Shown piece by piece: positions 8,090-15,107 of a stretch of 15,373 nucleotides of DNA (positions within the stretch are counted from its first letter, which is position 1; the number at the start of each line of letters is the position of its first letter). The translations under genes and the position numbers were made by a program. A model generated the notes under the pieces. The model searched no databases. It saw only the letters and a list, made by a program, of their open reading frames with translations, and was not told where the DNA came from. The stretch comes from Nitrospinaceae bacterium. Lineage in GTDB: Bacteria; Nitrospinota; Nitrospinia; Nitrospinales; VA-1. The stretch spans positions 1-15,373 of the forward strand of contig JBHHVU010000068.1 in NCBI GenBank assembly GCA_046754465.1, written 5' to 3'.

Positions 8090-10591
8090 ATGGAGCCCTA
8101 CGATTTTAATTCCATAGAAACTAAGTGGCAGGAGTACTGGGAGCAAAACCAATCGTTCAAAGTGGAGCGGGACCCGGCGAGGAAAAAGTTTTACCTGCTG
8201 GAGATGTTCCCCTACCCGTCGGGAAGAATTCACATGGGCCACGTCCGCAATTACGCCATCGGCGACGCGCTGGCCCGGTTCAAGCGAATGCGGGGATTCA
8301 ACGTCCTGCATCCGCTGGGGTGGGACGCGTTTGGGATGCCCGCGGAGAACGCCGCTATCCTGAACCGGACCCATCCGGCGCAATGGACCATCGAAAACAT
8401 CCGCACCATGCGCCGGCAGATCAAGCGGCTGGGATTCAGCTACGACTGGAACCGGGAAATCGCCACCTGCCGTCCTGAATATTACCGATGGAACCAGTGG
8501 TGCTTCCTCAAATTCATGGAAAAGGGACTGGTCTACCGCAAGGACGCGATGGTGAACTGGTGCGAACCGTGCCAGACGGTGCTGGCCAACGAACAGGTGA
8601 TAGACGGCCGGTGCTGGCGCTGCGACGGCGAGGTTCGGCAGAAACAGCAGGAAGGATGGTTCTTGAAAATCACCGCATACGCCGACCGCCTGCTGGAAGG
8701 ATGCCAACACCTCACCGGCGGCTGGCCGGAACAGGTGTTGACCATGCAGACTCACTGGATCGGTAAAAGCCAGGGTGCGGAGGTGGATTTCCCCGTCCAA
8801 GGGAAAGAGGAGGTCATCAAAATTTTTACCACGCGTCCGGATACCTTGTACGGCGCGACTTTCATGGTGCTTTCCCCGGAACACCCGCTCACGGTCCGCC
8901 TGTCCCGGGGCACGCCCCAGGAAAACGCCGTCGACGCGTTCATCGCCAAGGTGGGACAGCAGGACAAGATCCGGCGCACCAGCGAGACGGGGGAAAAAGA
9001 CGGGGTCTTCACCGGCGCGTACGCCATCAACCCCCTGACCCAGGAACCCATCCCCATATGGTCCGCCAATTTTGTGCTGATGGAATACGGCACCGGGGCC
9101 ATTATGTCCGTTCCAGCGCATGACCAGCGCGACCTCGATTTCGCCCGCAAATACCATCTTCCCGTCAGGGTGGTGATCCAGCCACCGGGGGAGGCGGAGC
9201 CTCCGGACGAAACCACGATGACCCAGGCCTACACCGCCGAGGGGAGGATGGTCCATTCCGGCCCTTTCGACGGGTCCGTCGGCAAGGAAGGGATTCGCAA
9301 GGTGTGCGAATACCTGGAAGCCCACCGGCTCGGAAAGGCCACCGTCAATTACAAGCTTCGGGATTGGGGAGTCTCGCGCCAGCGGTATTGGGGCACGCCG
9401 ATTCCCATTGTCCATTGTGACGATTGCGGAATCGTTCCGGTTCCTTATGACCGGCTCCCGGTGGTTTTGCCGCTGGACGTGCAACTGGGCGAGGGGGGTC
9501 GGTCGCCGCTGCAAACCCTGCCGGAATTCATCCACACCCCCTGTCCGGAATGCGGCCGGGCCGCCCGCCGGGAAACGGATACACTGGATACTTTTGTCTG
9601 CTCCTCATGGTACTTCGACCGCTTCACCTCCCCGCGAAATGAGACGGAACCTTTCGCCAGGGAGGACGTGGATTACTGGATGCCCGTGGACCAGTATGTG
9701 GGGGGAATCGAACACGCCATTCTTCACCTGTTGTATTCCCGGTTTTTCCATCTGGTTTTCAGGGACCTGGGGCTGATCCAACCGCCGGAACCTTTTTCGC
9801 ACCTGCTCACCCAGGGAATGGTGATCAAGGACGGCGCGAAGATGTCCAAATCGAAAGGCAACGTGGTGGACCCGGACGAAATCATCCGAACCTACGGCGC
9901 GGACACGGCGCGGCTCTTCATTCTGTTCGCCGCCCCGCCGGTCAAGGACCTGGAATGGAGCGACCAGGGGGTGGAAGGGTGCTCCCGGTTTCTCAAACGG
10001 GTCTGGCGCATCTTCCAGGAATTCGCTGGGGAAATCCCATGCGGCGGCGCCGCGCCCGATGCCGCCCTGGCGAAGGAACTCCAGGACCTGAGACGCAAAA
10101 CCCATATCACCATCAGGCGGGTGACGGAGGATCTGGAAACGCGGCTGCAGTTCAACACCGCCATCGCCGCGATCATGGAACTGGTCAACCACCTCTACCT
10201 GTTCCGGGATTGGTGGGGATCGCCGACCGGCCACAAAGCTCCGGAAAAGGCCGTGGTGGGAGAGGCTATCGAGACCCTGGTGATCCTGCTGGCTCCTTTC
10301 GCCCCCCACATCGCGGAGGAAATGTGGTCCCGGCTGGGTCACGCCCAATCGATCGCCCAAGCTCCCTGGCCCGCCCATGAGGAGGCCCTTCTCCAAACCG
10401 GGGAAATGTTGATTGTGGTTCAGGTGAATGGTAAGGTGAGACAGAAGATCACCGTCGACACCCATATCCCGGAAGAAGATTTAAAAGCCCGGTCCCTGGA
10501 AGACCCCAAGATCAAGGAATGGACCCGGGATAAAGAGGTGCGGAAGGTGATCGTTGTTCCCCGGAAACTCGTCAACATCGTCGTAAAATGA
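8090..10591 (+). CDS. leuS: Leucine--tRNA ligase
   Basis: Motifs MFPYPSGRIHMGH (HIGH), GWDAFGMPAEN, FTTRPDT and YGTGAIMSVPAHDQRD (editing domain), DWGVSRQRYWG, GGIEHA and KMSKS. Confidence 0.99.
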   Translation: MEPYDFNSIETKWQEYWEQNQSFKVERDPARKKFYLLEMFPYPSGRIHMGHVRNYAIGDALARFKRMRGFNVLHPLGWDAFGMPAENAAILNRTHPAQWTIENIRTMRRQIKRLGFSYDWNREIATCRPEYYRWNQWCFLKFMEKGLVYRKDAMVNWCEPCQTVLANEQVIDGRCWRCDGEVRQKQQEGWFLKITAYADRLLEGCQHLTGGWPEQVLTMQTHWIGKSQGAEVDFPVQGKEEVIKIFTTRPDTLYGATFMVLSPEHPLTVRLSRGTPQENAVDAFIAKVGQQDKIRRTSETGEKDGVFTGAYAINPLTQEPIPIWSANFVLMEYGTGAIMSVPAHDQRDLDFARKYHLPVRVVIQPPGEAEPPDETTMTQAYTAEGRMVHSGPFDGSVGKEGIRKVCEYLEAHRLGKATVNYKLRDWGVSRQRYWGTPIPIVHCDDCGIVPVPYDRLPVVLPLDVQLGEGGRSPLQTLPEFIHTPCPECGRAARRETDTLDTFVCSSWYFDRFTSPRNETEPFAREDVDYWMPVDQYVGGIEHAILHLLYSRFFHLVFRDLGLIQPPEPFSHLLTQGMVIKDGAKMSKSKGNVVDPDEIIRTYGADTARLFILFAAPPVKDLEWSDQGVEGCSRFLKRVWRIFQEFAGEIPCGGAAPDAALAKELQDLRRKTHITIRRVTEDLETRLQFNTAIAAIMELVNHLYLFRDWWGSPTGHKAPEKAVVGEAIETLVILLAPFAPHIAEEMWSRLGHAQSIAQAPWPAHEEALLQTGEMLIVVQVNGKVRQKITVDTHIPEEDLKARSLEDPKIKEWTRDKEVRKVIVVPRKLVNIVVK

Positions 10592-10592
10592 G

Positions 10593-11117
10593 ATGAATCG
10601 ATCCCGTTTTTTATCATGGATGGTGGTGGCAGCGGTGGCGGGATGGGCTCTTTCGGGTTGCGGGTATCATCTGTCTGGAACCGGATCGACGCTTCCTCCC
10701 CACATCAAAACCGTCGCCATACCGGTATTCGCTAACACCTCCTCGGAACCCGAGATCCATCGCGAGTTGACCAACGTGATCCGTCAATCCTTCATCAGCG
10801 ACGGACGGCTGAAAGTGGTGAACAACAAAAACGCGGATCTGGTGATGAAGGGCACGCTGAACCTTTACTCCCTCCAGGCGGTCTCCTTCAACACCAAGGA
10901 CGTCGCCTCGGAATATTATGTGATCCTCGGAGTGGAAATCGACGTGAAAGACCGGGTCAAACACAAACGTTTTCTGAAACAGAAGTTCAGTACCAAATGG
11001 GATTTCCGAACCACCGCCGACGTGATCAATTCGGAGGCCGCCCGTCAAACGGCCCTCACCGATGCATACAGGGACCTCGCCAACCGGCTGGTCAGCATCG
11101 TCATCGATCAATTCTGA
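10593..11117 (+). CDS. lptE: LPS assembly lipoprotein LptE family
   Basis: Signal peptide with lipobox LSGC followed by GYHL. Occupies the conserved leuS-lptE-holA position. Confidence 0.88.
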   Translation: MNRSRFLSWMVVAAVAGWALSGCGYHLSGTGSTLPPHIKTVAIPVFANTSSEPEIHRELTNVIRQSFISDGRLKVVNNKNADLVMKGTLNLYSLQAVSFNTKDVASEYYVILGVEIDVKDRVKHKRFLKQKFSTKWDFRTTADVINSEAARQTALTDAYRDLANRLVSIVIDQF

Positions 11118-11133
11118 TTCGCCAGCCCGTCCC

Positions 11134-12162
11134 GTGACTTTCCAGGAGATGATTCAAGGCATCGAGCAGGGGCGGACCGGTCCCCTCTATTTCCTCCACG
11201 GAGAGGAAAAATTCCTGCATACGGAAATCATCCGCGCCCTGATCGGGAAATTCATCACCGAAGACAACCGGGATTTCAATCTCGAATCCTTCGACGCCAA
11301 AAGCAGCCCGGTGGGTGACTGGATCGCCTCGGCAAAAACGCTGTCATTTTTTGGGGGAATCAAACTGGTGGTCGTGCGCGGACTCCACGAGGCCTCCCTC
11401 CCACCGGAGGAGGTGGAGCAGTTGCTGGAATACACGGCGCATCCCCTGGAGGAAACCTGCCTGGTGATGACCGCCGACAAAGCCGATCGCAAAAAGAAAC
11501 TCTTCAAATCCCTCACCCAACAACCCTGGGCAGTGGCCTGCGAGGCCCCCCGGGAAAGGGAACTCATCCCCTGGATCCAGAAACGGGCTCAGTCGATGGG
11601 ATACAACCTATCACCCGGAGCCGCGCGCATGATGATCGGCCGGGTCGGGGCCAAACCGGGCATCCTCGCAACGGAACTCGACAAGCTTCTCACCTACGCC
11701 GGGGAAAACCGGTCCGTCACCGAGTCCGAGGTGGCCGGGGTGGTCGGGGAAATCAAAATCGAAAACGCCTTCGCCCTCACCGAGGCGGTGAAAGAAAAAA
11801 ATCCGCAAAAAGCCCTCCGGCTGCTGCATCACCTGCTCGATCATGGAGAAGACCCCATCAAAATCATGGGAACCCTCGCCTGGCAGTTGCGCGTCATCTG
11901 GGAGGTCAAGCATTACCGAGGGAAAAACCTGCCCCTACCCCAAATCGCCCGGGAAATGGGCGCCAAACCCTTCGTGGTGGAAAAAGCCATGAAGCACACG
12001 GGAACCTTCAGCCAAAAGGAACTGCGCAAAAGCTTCGATAACCTGGCCCAGGCCGACCGGGATCTGAAAGGATCGGGAAAGGACCCGCAAGGTATTCTGG
12101 AATCGCTGCTGCTCAACCTTTGTTCAGGGAAAAACCAGAGGCGGGAAATCCGCTGCCCTTAA
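11134..12162 (+). CDS. holA: DNA polymerase III subunit delta
   Basis: Motifs LYFLHGEE, TLSFFGGIKLVVV, DRKKKLFK, ELDKLLTY, FALTEAV and ADRDLKGSG, plus synteny with leuS-lptE and rpsT. GTG 11134 is the most plausible start. Confidence 0.95.
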   Translation: MTFQEMIQGIEQGRTGPLYFLHGEEKFLHTEIIRALIGKFITEDNRDFNLESFDAKSSPVGDWIASAKTLSFFGGIKLVVVRGLHEASLPPEEVEQLLEYTAHPLEETCLVMTADKADRKKKLFKSLTQQPWAVACEAPRERELIPWIQKRAQSMGYNLSPGAARMMIGRVGAKPGILATELDKLLTYAGENRSVTESEVAGVVGEIKIENAFALTEAVKEKNPQKALRLLHHLLDHGEDPIKIMGTLAWQLRVIWEVKHYRGKNLPLPQIAREMGAKPFVVEKAMKHTGTFSQKELRKSFDNLAQADRDLKGSGKDPQGILESLLLNLCSGKNQRREIRCP

Positions 12163-12211
12163 AAGGAGTGAAGAAACACATCCCCCGTGGGGCAATCGTC
12201 GAGGTAAGGAT

Positions 12212-12484
12212 TCAAGCCGGAGTTGAGAGCCGGTGGACCAATCTGGAGAGGTTGGAAATTTTCCGCGCCGCCGCCCGTTTGTGGAGCACACCCTTGCTGG
12301 CCACCCGGGAAATCGTCTTCGCCGCTACCTTCAATTCCCTTTCCGCGTTTTCCTTGTTTTTCTCTTCCACTTCCTCGAGAACACTCTTGGTCACCGTTTT
12401 GACGCGGGTGCGGTATCCCTTGTTTCTCGCATATCTTTTTTCGTTCTGGCGGTTGCGTTTGATCGCGGACTTATGATTGGCCAA
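12212..12484 (-). CDS. rpsT: 30S ribosomal protein S20
   Basis: MANHKSAIKRNRQNEKR...KGVLHKRAAARKISNL. TTG start preceded by GAAAGGA. Confidence 0.98.
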   Translation of the reverse strand: MANHKSAIKRNRQNEKRYARNKGYRTRVKTVTKSVLEEVEEKNKENAERELKVAAKTISRVASKGVLHKRAAARKISNLSRLVHRLSTPA

Positions 12485-12579
12485 AGGGATTTTCCTTTCA
12501 ATTAAAAGTTGAGCGGGTCGGGTTCAGTTCAACGTTTCCCGAGAGGAACTTGGAAACTTCCTCCCAAGGGAAACCATTA

Positions 12580-12608
12580 CATATACTTCAATCCTCCCGG
12601 CCTGTCAA
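12580..12608 (-). promoter_or_regulatory. Putative sigma70 promoter of rpsT
   Basis: Minus strand TTGACA (12608-12603), 17-bp spacer, TATATG (12585-12580). The -35 is perfect and the -10 imperfect. Confidence 0.5.
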
Positions 12609-12621
12609 GCCCCGGGCCGGC

Positions 12622-13072
12622 GGGGTGCCTCCGGCGGCGAACCGCCGCTGGTGGTTTTGACACACTTTATGGGGCGGACTGGGATTGATGACCAGTGATG
12701 CTACCACCTATTCCCTCCCCGCGTGGGGGGGGCGGAGTGCCTCCGCGGGCAATTTGTCATACTTTATATGGCAAGCCAGGACCGACTGGCGATGATGCAA
12801 CGACCTATTCCCTCCCCCCGAGGGGGCGCACGCCTGTTGAGGATATAGTAATACTCCAGGCGGACATTTGCAAGTTCAGGGGAGTACCTCCCCAGATGGT
12901 GTTGCCATACTTTTAATAGGGCAGACCAAGCCGGACCGGGAAGATGCCTTGACCTTTACCCTGCGCCGTGGGCGCTGCTTCCGCGGGCAATTTGTCATAC
13001 TTTACATGGCAAGCCAGGATCGACAGGCGGTTGAGATTGACCCATCCCCCTCCCCGCGTGGCGGGGATGGGG
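12622..13072 (+). repeat. Array of four degenerate ~90-110 bp units (starts about 12622, 12734, 12881, 12972)
   Basis: 12738-12791 vs 12976-13029 are 50/54 identical. All units share GGRGTRCCTCC-like starts, a TTG(A/T/C)CA(T/C)ACTTT core at 12657/12754/12902/12992 and an ACC..T.CCCT(C)CCC + G-rich end. Confidence 0.9.
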
Positions 13073-13103
13073 AAAGTTCCTTGATGAAGAATTAAAAGAA
13101 GCA

Positions 13104-13112
13104 TGTTAAAAT
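13104..13112 (+). promoter_or_regulatory. Putative extended -10 promoter of the tRNA gene
   Basis: TG-T-TAAAAT about 40 bp upstream of the tRNA, in an AT-rich stretch. Confidence 0.45.
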
Positions 13113-13151
13113 ATTTTTTTTTATCTGTGAGAACAAGGAATTCAAACGATT

Positions 13152-13224
13152 GGGGCTGTGGCGCAGTTGGGAGCGCGCTTGAATCGCACTCAAGAGGTCG
13201 GGGGTTCGAATCCCCCCAGCTCCA
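13152..13224 (+). tRNA. tRNA-Ala (anticodon CGC), CCA not encoded
   Basis: Acceptor stem GGGGCTG/CAGCTCC with the G3:U70 Ala identity pair and A73. Anticodon arm CTTGA-ATCGCAC-TCAAG. T-arm GGGGG-TTCGAAT-CCCCC. Confidence 0.97.
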
Positions 13225-13312
13225 CTCCTCCGCGGAGGGCGCGTTTGCTCACGACGTGCAACGCTTTCTTGTTTTGGTTCGTACTTTTTCGCCAGGCTTC
13301 CACTTTTTTTAC

Positions 13313-13345
13313 AAGGGGTTACGGCGATGCCCGCAACCCTTTTTT
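13313..13345 (+). terminator. Hairpin plus T-tract downstream of the tRNA (likely intrinsic terminator)
   Basis: AAGGGGTTACGG-CGATGC-CCGCAACCCTTTTTT: an imperfect stem followed by a T run. Confidence 0.55.
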
Positions 13346-13456
13346 GACCGCTTAACTGTTTCTAGAACAAAAGTTAAGCAGTCGCTTTTCGTGCCTTCCT
13401 TGAAAGCCTTTAAGGCCATGCCTTACAGGGCTCATTTCGGTAGAAAATTTTCCCCC

Positions 13457-13474
13457 TGTAGCCCGATTGTAGCC
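13457..13474 (+). repeat. Tandem TGTAGCC heptamers with 11-bp period (left copy)
   Basis: TGTAGCC at 13457 and 13468. The same arrangement occurs at 14981-14998. Confidence 0.6.
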
Positions 13475-13570
13475 AAGCGCAAACTCCCAAAATTCTTTTC
13501 TGAAAAACTTCCCACAAATTTCCGAATATCTTTTCTCCATGTAAAATAGGCAATCCAATTAATGAAAACA

Positions 13571-13610
13571 TTGACCAATGTTGACATATTTGTAAACACC
13601 CTGCTATGAT
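13571..13610 (+). promoter_or_regulatory. TA operon promoter/operator region
   Basis: TTGACC (13571) and TTGACA (13581). Imperfect palindrome TGTTGACA-TATT-TGTAAACA (13579-13598), typical of antitoxin autorepression operators. TGcTATGAT at 13602-13610. Confidence 0.55.
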
Positions 13611-13848
13611 TAGAGATACAAGGCCAATTTCTTGGGTTAAAGCGGCTCTGAAAGATTATCAGAAGTTTCCAAAAGGGGCACAACTGGGAATCAGGCGCGC
13701 TCTTACCGTGGCCGCAGAAGGCGCAAAAACAGAAAACGCAAAACCCCTGAAAGGGCTTGGGTCAGGTGTTTTTGAAATCGCCCTTAAATACAGGACCGAT
13801 GCTTACAGGGTCGTTTATGCGTTACAAATTGAATTCAGGACCTTTTAA
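13606..13848 (+). pseudogene. RelE/HigB-like (Gp49/DUF891-type) type II toxin, C-terminally truncated
   Basis: Motifs RPISWVKAA, AKPLKGLGSGVFEI and DAYRVVYA. It stops at 80 aa, without the VLHAFQKK..KTP..helix segment I recall in full-length family members. Confidence 0.7.
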
Positions 13849-13849
13849 A

Positions 13850-14188
13850 ATGAACAAAAACAAAAAAATAGAAGTGGTGCATGGCAGTGGCAACGTTTTT
13901 CGGGCTTTTGGAGATACCAACGCGGACACGGAACAATTGAAATGCATTCTGGCCGCCAGGATTATCGCCATCCTCGATGACCGGAAATTATCCGTGCGCA
14001 AAGCCGAAAACCTTACAGGCGTAAAGGCCAGCGAATTTTCCCGCATCCGCAACGTCAAATTGGGGCGTTTCACTGTGGACCGCCTCATTTCCATTCTTAA
14101 CAAATTCGACCAACAGGTGGACGTGAAGGTCAAAGTCCGTCCCCGCCCTCGGCAAAAGGTCAAGGCGGCAGCGGCATTGAATATTTAA
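13850..14188 (+). CDS. XRE-family HTH antitoxin (HigA-like)
   Basis: Motif GSGNVF, HTH region LSVRKAENLTGVKASEFSRIRN, and RFTVDRLISIL. ATG 13850 lies 1 bp after the toxin stop. Confidence 0.85.
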   Translation: MNKNKKIEVVHGSGNVFRAFGDTNADTEQLKCILAARIIAILDDRKLSVRKAENLTGVKASEFSRIRNVKLGRFTVDRLISILNKFDQQVDVKVKVRPRPRQKVKAAAALNI

Positions 14189-14204
14189 ACTTTTACCGGC
14201 TCTG

Positions 14205-14957
14205 ATGTTTCGAAACGAGTTACCTAGGGTATATGAGCTTATTGATCATATTGAAGATCCCAATGCGCCCACCGCATTTTTTCAAGCCTTCAATAATTCG
14301 ATTTGCGATGATCCATCAGGAGGATCAAAATTGCTAACTTGGCGTAGGCGAGAGGAGGAGTTTCAGGGACTCGACAGCAAGTCTTGGGAGTCCCTAAAAA
14401 ATGAGGCCCGTCCATATCTAACAACGGGAAACCCAAATGGGCGCGGGTGGGAGCAGTTGATCGCAATACTCAATCAGGCACGCGCATTTAACTTTTTAAG
14501 TAACGCAGGTTGCACTGACATTCAATTCATACCGCGGACAGAGGGGAAAAAAACACCCGACCTCAAAGGAAAATTACACTGCAATCTCGTTTTATGTGAA
14601 GTGAAAACTTTGTTTCAATCCGATGATGAAGTCCGTAGGCGTGGTGAGGGCCGGTCCGGAGAAACAAGGAATTCGCTCGACCCCCGTTTTTTCAACAAAC
14701 TGGAGGGTGTTATTAATACGGCGAAGGACCAAATGGAGGCTTTTGAAAATGGAAAAAAAGCAAGGCGAATCGTCTACGTCATTCCCAATTTCGATGATCG
14801 TTTTGGTGAGTACAAGGTAAACTACTACGAGGAGATTGATCAGTATCTGGGCAATCATCCAGTTTCAGGGGTCGAAATCGTGTTCCACAATGAGCAGACG
14901 TGCTTTCCTGCGCAGATCCCCATGACGAATGCAACAGTTGTCAATGAAAGTGAATAA
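14205..14957 (+). CDS. Hypothetical protein with PD-(D/E)XK nuclease-like motif
   Basis: 250-aa ORF, 16 bp after the antitoxin. Contains KTPDL..(10 aa)..CEVK and a later KAxxQ-like segment TAKDQM. Low GC. Confidence 0.65.
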   Translation: MFRNELPRVYELIDHIEDPNAPTAFFQAFNNSICDDPSGGSKLLTWRRREEEFQGLDSKSWESLKNEARPYLTTGNPNGRGWEQLIAILNQARAFNFLSNAGCTDIQFIPRTEGKKTPDLKGKLHCNLVLCEVKTLFQSDDEVRRRGEGRSGETRNSLDPRFFNKLEGVINTAKDQMEAFENGKKARRIVYVIPNFDDRFGEYKVNYYEEIDQYLGNHPVSGVEIVFHNEQTCFPAQIPMTNATVVNESE

Positions 14958-14980
14958 TCAGATGATCAAGAAGGCGGGAC

Positions 14981-14998
14981 TGTAGCCAAACGGTAGCC
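14981..14998 (+). repeat. Tandem (T/G)GTAGCC heptamers with 11-bp period (right copy)
   Basis: TGTAGCC at 14981 and GGTAGCC at 14992. Confidence 0.6.
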
Positions 14999-15107
14999 CA
15001 AATTCTCAGAATTGAGGGGGAAATACCGGAAAATGGAAATGGAATATTGAGACCCTAGCAATAGAACAGATTTTCCTACTACAAGGGACCAATATTCCCT
15101 ATACTCC

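Noticed and set aside
8036..9535. 499-aa minus-strand ORF (also 9605-10465)
   Set aside because: Antisense shadow of leuS, expected from GC-rich codon bias. No recognisable motifs.
11062..11133. Longer holA N-terminus from the ORF track (likewise the 13757 start for the antitoxin)
   Set aside because: These extensions overlap the upstream genes and lack family similarity. Starts at 11134 and 13850 fit better.
12622..13072. CRISPR array interpretation of the repeat cluster
   Set aside because: Units are degenerate along their whole length, irregularly spaced and homologous in the would-be spacers. No cas genes are present.
12695..13104. Small ORFs 12695-12916, 12868-13095 and 12913-13104
   Set aside because: They cross the repeat units in inconsistent frames, lack SD sequences and have low-complexity Pro/Gly/Arg content.
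13183..13227. A32/C38 anticodon loop and missing CCA as signs of an abnormal tRNA
   Set aside because: All stems and Ala identity elements are intact, and non-encoded CCA is common in bacteria.
13103..13549. 148-aa and 65-aa ORFs over the tRNA
   Set aside because: They overlap a canonical tRNA-Ala gene and its terminator.
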